From an uncultured Spirochaetota bacterium (GTDB lineage: Bacteria > Spirochaetota > Brevinematia > Brevinematales > JAOACQ01): a DNA stretch of 64,000 bases. Under the pieces are notes generated by a model. It had not been told where the DNA came from. It saw only the letters and a program-made list of their open reading frames with translations, and ran no database searches. The stretch is from positions 1,152,001-1,216,000 of the forward strand of contig CAVYGN010000001.1 of assembly GCA_963768055.1 (NCBI GenBank), in the 5' to 3' direction. Of the stretch, positions 49,640-57,810 are shown one piece after another. Every line of letters starts with the position of its first letter. Position 1 is the stretch's first letter. The position numbers and the translations under genes were made by a program.

Positions 49640-49819
49640 ATGAAAAAAATAGATCCGGTATGCAGGGTGGAGGTGATTATGGACTCCGAATTGCATTCAG
49701 ATTACAAGGGTAAAACATATTATTTCAATTCAAAGGGATGTATGGACGAGTTCACCAAAGATCCTGAAAAATTTATAAATGAAAACGAACCGAGGAGAAA
49801 CCTCTATTCCTGCTGTTAA
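49640..49819 (+). CDS. YHS-domain small protein (59 aa, absent from the ORF track)
   Basis: MKKIDPVCRVEVIMDSELHSDYKGKTYYFNSKGCMDEFTKDPEKFINENEPRRNLYSCC; SD AAGGGG. Confidence 0.88.
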   Translation: MKKIDPVCRVEVIMDSELHSDYKGKTYYFNSKGCMDEFTKDPEKFINENEPRRNLYSCC

Positions 49820-49822
49820 AAC

Positions 49823-49902
49823 AGTCGATAGTTTAAAGTCAACAGCCTATATTCATTAATTAATGTCATACTGTTGACTTTCGGCTGGCGACTGTCAACT
49901 AT
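49823..49902. repeat. Palindromic heptamer-repeat element (copy C)
   Basis: AGTCGAT AGTTTAA AGTCAAC ... TGACTTT CGGCTGG CGACTGT CAACTAT; perfect 11-bp inverted repeat AAAGTCAACAG/CTGTTGACTTT. Confidence 0.7.
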
Positions 49903-49969
49903 TTTTGGTTCAAAATTGATTAATTCCGATATTCAAAGTACTATCTAGTAAAGCAAGTAGAGATTATAT

Positions 49970-52900
49970 ATGGTAAATCATGACGACGTTATAAGAGAAC
50001 TAACGGGATCAAGCGAGTATTTAAGGGCGCTGATATCGAAAAATAACGATATTTATTATGAGTTGGAATCGGCTATCGCTGATTGGAACGATAAAAAGGT
50101 TTTTAAAAGAACCGCATATTATGAAAAATACCAATTTAAGGCATCTTTAAAGGATAATGAAGGCATACTTCTCCAATCAAGATTAATTAAAAACAGGGAA
50201 CTGGCTTTGATAGCTTTAAGGGATTTCTTACATATAAATTCAGTAAGCGATACTCTTACGGATCTTTCAAAACTCGCGGATTTCTGCATCGATTATTCAA
50301 TAAAAAGCCTGCTCAGTTTTTCAGACATTAAAAAAAGCGTTACTTATGAAGTTTTAAAAAGAAATCTTATAATTATCGGAATGGGCAAGCTCGGGGGCAA
50401 CGAACTCAATATAAGTTCAGACATAGATCTTATCTTTCTCGGGAAAGACTCAAGTCTGTCCGATGACGGTATGAGGCATGATATTGAAAACTTCCTTTCA
50501 AGGCTTCTTGATTTTATTTACGCAACTTCCAGCGAAGGATTTTTATATCGAGTCGATATGAGACTCAGGCCGGAGGGCGAAAACGGACCCTTGATCATGG
50601 GAATTCAAAACGCAATCGAATATTACAAAAGCAGGGCCAGGAAGTGGGAACTCCAGGCTATGATAAAAAAAAGACTTGTCTGGGGAAGCGAGGAACTCTA
50701 TCAGGATTTTGCAATCCCCCTTGACAATATTGTGTACCGGCACCATCAGCCCCAGAGTATCATTTACGATATTAAAAAGATCAAGAACGAAATCGAACTA
50801 AATATCCGGCGCAAAAAACTTGCGTTTGAAATAAAACAATCTCCCGGCGGCATAAGGGATATTGAATTTATTATCCAATTTCTCCAGCTTATTCATGGAA
50901 TCCGTTATCCCGAGATAAGGAACTCGAATTCAATATCGGCATTGGCCTCGCTAAATACTTTCCATATAATAACCCCTGACGAATTTACTACTCTGAATAT
51001 CAGTTATATCATCCTGAGGAAGATTGAAAATATACTTCAGCTGAAAAACAATACCCCCGAACATGCCTTGCCGGAAAAAGACAGCGATATCGAGAAACTT
51101 TTCAGATACTGGAAGATCGGCGGATTTGAAAGCGGTTCGGGCAATTATGGCAGGGATTTTAAAAACAGGGTCGCAAAGATTATGACGGATGTGAGAAGTA
51201 TTTTCTCATCCCTGTTCGACGAAACGATCCGTTATCTTGAATTAAAGGACAACCTTATCAAGGAGCATCCGGATATAGATAAAACTCTTCTTGAGGATCA
51301 TTTTCTGAGAATGGACAGCGAATATTTTCTCCGTTTCCAGGAAAATGAAATCTATAATCATATAAAAATGATCTCAAAGCTCGATCTTCAAAATCCCGCC
51401 GAGTTGGAAGCTGAAGAGGCCGGCCAGGGCAAATGGAAAATTACAATTGTAGCTTTTGATTATTATTATGAATTTTCCAAAATCGCGGGCCTGGTCTCCG
51501 CTTATTATTTAAAGATAATCAGCGGAGAATCATTTACATACAGCGATTATACGCCTTCGATAAGCAGTGATCCGGATACTATTTACAGGAGAAAAAAAAA
51601 GAGGATCTATCCCTTTTCCTCTGCAAATAAATCCGAATTACTTATATATAGAAGAAAAATAGTATGTTTTTTATTTGTTGCGCCGCTGGAAGGGCATGTC
51701 CTGGAAGGGTATGCCCCGGAGGGACCTGATTGGGATGCCTTTAAAAAAGAATTTATCCATATACTTAATTTCCTGGAAACTAACAGAATAAGAGAATCGG
51801 AGGAATTTCTCAACAATAAGATCCTGGGACTTATTTCCGGAATTCAATCCGGGGAAACCCTGATGCTTTCACCGGTCGATATAGAGGTGGACAATGATTC
51901 AAGCAGCCAGTATACCATATTGAACATACGTTCGAGAGACAGTTTCGCTTTCCTTTACACTTTTACCAATGTACTTGCCCTCAATAATTATTATATTTTT
52001 AAAATCGAAATAGATACTGTCGATGACAGGGCCTTCGACAGGCTGTTCATTCTCACCAGGGACGGTAAAAAAATACTGGAATCTGAAAAAATTGAAAATC
52101 TTAAAATAGCCGTCGCGCTTATCAAGCAGTATTCAACCTTGCTTCAGAACGCTGTCAACCCGGATAAGGCGCTTCATTATTTCGACGAACTTCTTTCAAA
52201 GGTACTTGAAAGCGGAGGTAAAACGGAATTGCCTATTCTCGGTCAGAATGACGTTCAGAAAAAACTTGCAACCGTTTTCGGGATCGGGGATTATTTTTGG
52301 GAGGATCTTATAAGATTTCAATACACAGATATGCTCCCTATATTGAACGATCCCTCGCTTGAATTACGATTTTCAAGAAGCCTTTTAACGGCCAATTTTA
52401 CAAATAATTATCTTAAAAAAAAACCTGAAGCAGAAGGCCTTGGTGAATTCGGAAAACATTTGAGTGAATGGAAAGATATGGAAATGTTCAGGATCGATCT
52501 CAGGCAGATCCTGAAAAAAATCGATATGATCCAATTTTCACTTGAACTGACTGAATTGGCTGAAGCTGTAATAGAAATAGCCCTTCAAAGGATAAATAAA
52601 GAAATTTTCGGGGTCCATGTTAAAAATATACCTCCCCTGGCCGTATTCGGCCTCGGAAAACTCGGAGGAAGGGAACTCGGATATGCTTCCGATATAGAAA
52701 TTATGTTTATTTATGATGATACCGATATCGGCGGCGACCTGGCCGATATCGATTCGTATTTTGAAAAATTCATTCAAACTTTTCTCAGCGTCATCCGTTC
52801 AAAGAGGGAGGGAATTTTTGAAATCGACCTCAACCTGAGGCCATATGGGAAGTCTTCCAAATTGTCGGTGTCAAAATCGAGCTTCTTTGAATATTTCACC

Positions 52901-53509
52901 GACGGCAAGGCTTATTATTTTGAAAAACAGGCGCTTGTTAAATTAAGGCCTGTTTCGAACGAAAAATCCTCCTTAAAATTAATACAGGAAATAACAGCCC
53001 ACCGCGATAAATTCGTTTACAGCGGGGAAAAGCCTGACATAACAGCGCTCCTGAATTTGAGGGAAAAGCAGATCCGCACATACATTAAGGATCCCGTTCT
53101 TACAAATATAAAATATTCTAAGGGGTGTCTCGTAGATATAGAATATCTGGTCCAGACCCTTCAGATTGCATATGGAAAGACTTTTTTATCCCTGAGACTC
53201 GAATCCACGCTCGAGGCTGCGGAGGCCCTCTTCAATACTGGTATAATTAGCGAACAGGTCCGGAACGGATTAACTGAAAGCTATCTTTTTTTCAGGAATC
53301 TGATAAATATTCTCCGAATGGTTAAGGGAAACGCCAAAGATCTGAATGTATACCCGGAATCTTCAATGGAATTCGATTACCTTGTCAGGAGGAGTTATTT
53401 TATCGGCATTATCGAACAGAAATCACCCTCGCTTTTAAAAAACATGATTGAAAAATACAGACAGCAAGTCTTAAATATTTTTAACGATGAAATCGGCAAG
53501 TTAAAATGA
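49970..53509 (+). CDS. glnE: Glutamine synthetase adenylyltransferase/deadenylase with internal ACT domains
   Basis: Two nucleotidyltransferase domains (GMGKLGGNELNISSDID..RVDMRLRP and GLGKLGGRELGYASDIE..EIDLNLRP) around a central GlnD-like ACT pair. Confidence 0.9.
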   Translation: MVNHDDVIRELTGSSEYLRALISKNNDIYYELESAIADWNDKKVFKRTAYYEKYQFKASLKDNEGILLQSRLIKNRELALIALRDFLHINSVSDTLTDLSKLADFCIDYSIKSLLSFSDIKKSVTYEVLKRNLIIIGMGKLGGNELNISSDIDLIFLGKDSSLSDDGMRHDIENFLSRLLDFIYATSSEGFLYRVDMRLRPEGENGPLIMGIQNAIEYYKSRARKWELQAMIKKRLVWGSEELYQDFAIPLDNIVYRHHQPQSIIYDIKKIKNEIELNIRRKKLAFEIKQSPGGIRDIEFIIQFLQLIHGIRYPEIRNSNSISALASLNTFHIITPDEFTTLNISYIILRKIENILQLKNNTPEHALPEKDSDIEKLFRYWKIGGFESGSGNYGRDFKNRVAKIMTDVRSIFSSLFDETIRYLELKDNLIKEHPDIDKTLLEDHFLRMDSEYFLRFQENEIYNHIKMISKLDLQNPAELEAEEAGQGKWKITIVAFDYYYEFSKIAGLVSAYYLKIISGESFTYSDYTPSISSDPDTIYRRKKKRIYPFSSANKSELLIYRRKIVCFLFVAPLEGHVLEGYAPEGPDWDAFKKEFIHILNFLETNRIRESEEFLNNKILGLISGIQSGETLMLSPVDIEVDNDSSSQYTILNIRSRDSFAFLYTFTNVLALNNYYIFKIEIDTVDDRAFDRLFILTRDGKKILESEKIENLKIAVALIKQYSTLLQNAVNPDKALHYFDELLSKVLESGGKTELPILGQNDVQKKLATVFGIGDYFWEDLIRFQYTDMLPILNDPSLELRFSRSLLTANFTNNYLKKKPEAEGLGEFGKHLSEWKDMEMFRIDLRQILKKIDMIQFSLELTELAEAVIEIALQRINKEIFGVHVKNIPPLAVFGLGKLGGRELGYASDIEIMFIYDDTDIGGDLADIDSYFEKFIQTFLSVIRSKREGIFEIDLNLRPYGKSSKLSVSKSSFFEYFTDGKAYYFEKQALVKLRPVSNEKSSLKLIQEITAHRDKFVYSGEKPDITALLNLREKQIRTYIKDPVLTNIKYSKGCLVDIEYLVQTLQIAYGKTFLSLRLESTLEAAEALFNTGIISEQVRNGLTESYLFFRNLINILRMVKGNAKDLNVYPESSMEFDYLVRRSYFIGIIEQKSPSLLKNMIEKYRQQVLNIFNDEIGKLK

Positions 53510-54397
53510 AATATTCCCGTTTATTTTTTTTATTTTCTTATCGTCGTACATAAGTGAATCCGCTGCCTTCAAAGCGTCTTTAAGGGCCTCCCTGCTAAAA
53601 TCATAAAGCTTGGAAATCCCGAAGGAAAGAGAAAGGCAGTATGGATTTCCTCTTTTATTATACTCGCTGACTTGCTCCCTTATCCGGGATATAACAGCGG
53701 TTTCAAGATTTTCGGACTTACCGGTTATTACAAGTACCGCAAACTCATCTCCTCCCATACGGGCAATAACATCCCATTCCCTGAAAACATTTTTTAAAAA
53801 TAACGCTGTGTCTTTAATAACAGCATCGCCGGTGTCATGACCGAAAGCATCGTTAATCAGCTTGAGATTGTCTATATCGATATAAACTATATGAGTAAAT
53901 AAATTATTCCTTGCGGCAAACTGGTATTGCTTGGCCGCCAATGCATAAAACCCTCTTCGGTTTGATAGTCCTGTAAGTTCGTCAGTTCTGGAGAGCCGGG
54001 AAACCGAGTTGAATAATCTGAAGCGTTCAACCGCATATTTGATCGATTTATTAATATTTTCAGCATTGATCTCGGACTTTACTAAATAATCCTGAGCTCC
54101 GAACCGTATAGAGGTAAGAGCCATCCTCTCATCCCTCAAGCCGGTCAGCACAATAATCGGCACATCGCTTGACAATAATTTTATATTATTGACTGTTTTA
54201 TTTCCCTGGCTGTCGGGCAGTTCTAGATCCAGAATAATCAGCCCTATGTCTTCGTTCAGGACTATTTTCTTCCCCTGCGCCAGGGTTTCCGCTTTAATTA
54301 TCCTGCTGTCTGTGTCCTTTAAGTACTCCTCCAGCAGCCTTGCATCCCCGGGGTTGTCCTCTATGACCAGGATATTGCCGTATTCTGTCGATATCAT
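53501..54397 (-). CDS. Response regulator diguanylate cyclase (REC-GGDEF)
   Basis: ILVIEDN, LDLELPD, DELTGLSNRR, REWD I-site and GGDEF motifs. Confidence 0.95.
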   Translation of the reverse strand: MISTEYGNILVIEDNPGDARLLEEYLKDTDSRIIKAETLAQGKKIVLNEDIGLIILDLELPDSQGNKTVNNIKLLSSDVPIIVLTGLRDERMALTSIRFGAQDYLVKSEINAENINKSIKYAVERFRLFNSVSRLSRTDELTGLSNRRGFYALAAKQYQFAARNNLFTHIVYIDIDNLKLINDAFGHDTGDAVIKDTALFLKNVFREWDVIARMGGDEFAVLVITGKSENLETAVISRIREQVSEYNKRGNPYCLSLSFGISKLYDFSREALKDALKAADSLMYDDKKIKKINGNISF

Positions 54398-55944
54398 CCT
54401 GAACTCCCGGACCCATTTTGGGCCTCCAGTTCAGCGGGAATAGTAAAATAAAAAGTCGATCCTTTTTGCACTTCCGATTCAACCCAGATATTACCCCCAT
54501 GTCTTTCAACTATTTTCTTGCAGATTGAGAGGCCTATGCCGGTTCCCCCGTATTCGGACCTGGGATGAAGGCGCTGGAAGATCACAAATATCTTTTCGAA
54601 GTAAGCCGGATCTATTCCAATACCGTTGTCCTTAACTGAGAACAGCCATTTCCTGCCGCATTTCGATGCTGAAACAGCGATGCATGGTTTTTCACTCCCC
54701 TTGAACTTTATAGAATTTGACACAAGGTTTTCAAAAAGTTGTATAAGCTGCGCCCTGTCATATAAGATCTTCGGGAGACGGCTATGGGTAATTTCTACCC
54801 CGCTCTCCTTAATAGCCACAGCCAGATCTATTTTTATCTCTTCAATGATCTCGTTGCAGTCGATAATTGCAGGAGGATTACCCATAGTAGATATTCTCGA
54901 GTAATCGAGCAAATCGTTAATAAAGTTCTGCATTCTTGTGGCGCCGTCGACGGCAAAATTGATGAATTCGTCCGCATTTTTGTCAAGTTTACCCTTGTAC
55001 CGGTCAGAAAGGAGTTTTGTATAGCTTGCAACCATCCTCAGGGGTTCCTGGAGGTCATGGGAGGCCACATAGGCGAATTGTTCAAGGTCATGATTGGAAC
55101 GCCTCAACTCTTCCTGGGTTTTTTTCAAATCGGAAATTTCATGCAGAACGGAAATTATTTTCATGGGTTCGCCATGTTCATCATAAACGACCCTCGAATT
55201 GATAAGCACAGGATACTTCTTGCCATTTTTATCCATTATCTCTATTTCGAAATTTCTAAAACACCCATCGTTCAAGCATTGAGAAAGGCTTTTAACCATC
55301 CTGACATGTTCCTCTTCATCTATCATTTGAAGCGGCATGCTGCCTATAACTTCCTGTTCATTATAGCCTGTTAATTCAAGGAACGCCCTGTTCACCTGTA
55401 TTATCCTCCCCTGCAGGTCTGTTACTTCAATGGGATCCATCATGCCTTCGATAATTTCGGATGCCGTTTTAAGCGACTTGGCGGTTAATAAGGCCGTTTC
55501 CCTTTCAGCCTGTTCCTTTTTAAGCTCCGTTATGTCGTTAAATACAACCAGGAGGTTCTGGGCGCCATTGATATTGAAAGAGATGAACCGGTTGTTAAGC
55601 CATATATCCTTTCCGGTTTCTGTTGTAATATGGATTTCTCTTTCAGCCTCCTCCCCGGTATTAAGGGTATAATCTTTAGCCTCAATAAACCCTGAATTCT
55701 TCCGGTTTTCAAGAAAGCCGGGAAAACCCTTGCCGATTTTCATCAGGGTCCGATTTGCCGCCACAAGGTTCCCGTTATTATCGTACAATGCTATGCCTAC
55801 CGGAAGAATATCTATTATTTTCTTGTCAAATTCCAGGATATCCTGCCGGGGTTGCAGCGATGAATTATTCTTCAACACTTCAATTTCTCTTTCAAGTTCC
55901 ACGATCTTTTGCTTTAATCTGAAAACATCTTCCTTTTCTTTCAT
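54394..55944 (-). CDS. Cytoplasmic PAS-PAS histidine kinase
   Basis: Two PAS domains; FAYVASHDLQEPLR, DNGIGI and GTGIGL motifs; coupled to the DGC gene. Confidence 0.93.
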   Translation of the reverse strand: MKEKEDVFRLKQKIVELEREIEVLKNNSSLQPRQDILEFDKKIIDILPVGIALYDNNGNLVAANRTLMKIGKGFPGFLENRKNSGFIEAKDYTLNTGEEAEREIHITTETGKDIWLNNRFISFNINGAQNLLVVFNDITELKKEQAERETALLTAKSLKTASEIIEGMMDPIEVTDLQGRIIQVNRAFLELTGYNEQEVIGSMPLQMIDEEEHVRMVKSLSQCLNDGCFRNFEIEIMDKNGKKYPVLINSRVVYDEHGEPMKIISVLHEISDLKKTQEELRRSNHDLEQFAYVASHDLQEPLRMVASYTKLLSDRYKGKLDKNADEFINFAVDGATRMQNFINDLLDYSRISTMGNPPAIIDCNEIIEEIKIDLAVAIKESGVEITHSRLPKILYDRAQLIQLFENLVSNSIKFKGSEKPCIAVSASKCGRKWLFSVKDNGIGIDPAYFEKIFVIFQRLHPRSEYGGTGIGLSICKKIVERHGGNIWVESEVQKGSTFYFTIPAELEAQNGSGSSG

Positions 55945-56059
55945 TAACGAAACCTTGAGTCAAACAATTGTTTAAGTATTTTCTATTTTAATAGTAATAA
56001 CATTTCACAGGCGAGGCAAATTAATAGGCTTATGCTTTGCGCCCTGCCGGGCGCACCAT

Positions 56060-56091
56060 AAAAAAAACCCGCCCGTTAAAAGGGCGGGTTT
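56060..56091 (-). terminator. Intrinsic terminator of glnA
   Basis: AAACCCGCCC-TTTTAAC-GGGCGGG followed by 8 T on the minus strand. Confidence 0.9.
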
Positions 56092-56128
56092 GTGAATTTA
56101 AAATCTCGTTAGAAGTCAGAGGTTAGAT

Positions 56129-57547
56129 TTAAATATCGTAGTAGAGGAAAAACTCGTAGGGATGCGGCCTCTGCTGAATAGCCCTGACTTCGTTAACCAT
56201 TTTATATTCTATCCAGGTATCGATCACGTCTTTTGTGAATACATCGCCCTTCAGGAGAAACTCATGGTCGTTTTGAAGGTTGTTTAAAGCCTCTTCGAGC
56301 GAACCTGGAATGTTGCCGACTTTAGACTGTTCTTCCGGAGGAAGATCGTAGATATTTTTATCCATCGGCTCGCCTGGGTCAATCTTATTCTGGATTCCGT
56401 CGAGTCCGGCCAGGAGCATAGCGGAAAACGCAAGGTAAGGGTTACAGCTCGGATCGGGTGTCCTGAATTCAAGCCGTTTTGACGCAGGGTTTGTAGAATA
56501 CATTGGAATTCTTACGGCAGCGCTTCTATTCCTTGCCGAATATGCCAGTTTGATTGGTGCTTCGAAGCCGGGAACAAGCCTCTTATAAGAATTCATAGTA
56601 GGACAGGTAATGGCGACAAGGGAATTAGCGTGCTTTAAAATTCCGCCGATATACCAGAGTCCTTCCTGCGAAAATCCGGCATATTTATTACCAGCAAAGA
56701 GGTTTTTACCGCCCTTCCAGATACTCTGATGGCAATGCATACCGCTTCCATTATCGCCGAAGAGAGGCTTGGGCATGAATGTAACGGTCTTGCAGTTGTT
56801 GACGGCTACGCTCTTCGTAACGTATTTATAAAATAGAACCTGGTCGGCCATTTTCACGAGATCGGTATACCTCATATCTATTTCAGCCTGTCCGGCTGTT
56901 GCGACTTCATGATGGTGCGCTTCGATGCGGATTCCGACTTTTTCAAGCATCTGCACCATTTCACTTCGGATGTCCATAAGAGAATCGGAGGGAGGAACCG
57001 GGAAATATCCTTCTTTATGCCTGATCTTATAACCCTTGTTCCCGCATTCTTCTACCCTGCCTGTATTCCATACGCCTTCATCGGAATCGATGTAATAATA
57101 GCCCTCTTTCGCATTCTGGCCGTATCTTATATCATCGAATATGAAGAATTCAAGCTCCGGGCCAATATAAATAGTGTCTCCTATTCCGGTGCTTTTTAAA
57201 TAATTGACCGCTTTTTTAGCGATATGCCTCGGATCTCTTGTGTATTCCTGGAGGGTGATGGGATCCTTGATATCCGCTATCATTATCAAAGTGGGATACT
57301 GTGAGAACGGATCGATTACAGCAGTAGTCGGGTCAGCCATTAAAAGCATATCGGATTCGTTAATCCCCTGCCAGCCTCGGATGGAAGAACCGTCAAATCC
57401 TAATCCTTCCTCAAAAGGACTTTCGTCCTTGAATTCTGAAACAGGATAAGTACAGTGCTGCCACATACCCGGAAAATCCATGAAACGCAAATCTACCTGA
57501 ACGATACCTTCTTTTTTTATCAGGTCCAATACTCCTTTAGCGTCCAT
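56129..57547 (-). CDS. glnA: Glutamine synthetase type I (beta type, adenylylatable)
   Basis: [38 protein letters not shown] and NRSA motifs; adenylylation site NIYDLP. Confidence 0.99.
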   Translation of the reverse strand: MDAKGVLDLIKKEGIVQVDLRFMDFPGMWQHCTYPVSEFKDESPFEEGLGFDGSSIRGWQGINESDMLLMADPTTAVIDPFSQYPTLIMIADIKDPITLQEYTRDPRHIAKKAVNYLKSTGIGDTIYIGPELEFFIFDDIRYGQNAKEGYYYIDSDEGVWNTGRVEECGNKGYKIRHKEGYFPVPPSDSLMDIRSEMVQMLEKVGIRIEAHHHEVATAGQAEIDMRYTDLVKMADQVLFYKYVTKSVAVNNCKTVTFMPKPLFGDNGSGMHCHQSIWKGGKNLFAGNKYAGFSQEGLWYIGGILKHANSLVAITCPTMNSYKRLVPGFEAPIKLAYSARNRSAAVRIPMYSTNPASKRLEFRTPDPSCNPYLAFSAMLLAGLDGIQNKIDPGEPMDKNIYDLPPEEQSKVGNIPGSLEEALNNLQNDHEFLLKGDVFTKDVIDTWIEYKMVNEVRAIQQRPHPYEFFLYYDI

Positions 57548-57590
57548 ATATATACCTCCTTAATTTTATGCGAAACGCTGTCTTTTAGAG

Positions 57591-57606
57591 AGCAATTATT
57601 GTTCCA
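57591..57606 (-). promoter_or_regulatory. sigma54 (-24/-12) promoter of glnA
   Basis: TGGAACAATAATTGCT: GG-N10-GC, close match to TGGCAC-N5-TTGCW, 44 nt upstream of the ATG. Confidence 0.8.
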
Positions 57607-57639
57607 TAATTTTAACTTTTTAGGATACTTCCACACAAG

Positions 57640-57679
57640 CAGGTAACCCTAACGGACACAGGTACCCTGCGGGCACAGG
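57640..57679. repeat. GC-rich tandem repeat in the glnA upstream region
   Basis: CAGGTAACCCTAACGGACA CAGGTACCCTGCGGGCA CAGG. Confidence 0.55.
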
Positions 57680-57747
57680 CAATTATTATAATTAACTAAA
57701 ATTAAATTACAACTTTTATTAAATAATTTCTTGAGGGTTAAATTTAT

Positions 57748-57776
57748 TTGCTTATATTTTACTCAACACTTATAAT
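57748..57776 (+). promoter_or_regulatory. sigma70-type promoter of the sigma54 activator gene
   Basis: TTGCTT-17nt-TATAAT, 34 nt upstream of ATG 57811. Confidence 0.65.
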
Positions 57777-57810
57777 AATGATTAAATAATAATCATATCA
57801 AGGAATAAGT

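Noticed and set aside
49441..49713. 90-aa plus-strand ORF
   Set aside because: Reads through heptamer repeat B and overlaps the better supported YHS gene in another frame
51592..51601. A9G run inside glnE as a slippage or frameshift site
   Set aside because: Encodes a Lys/Arg loop, long A runs are common in this AT-rich sequence, and no stimulatory structure is evident
56026..56041. GG-N10-GC sigma54-like pattern on the plus strand
   Set aside because: Weak match that points into the glnA terminator, with no downstream gene
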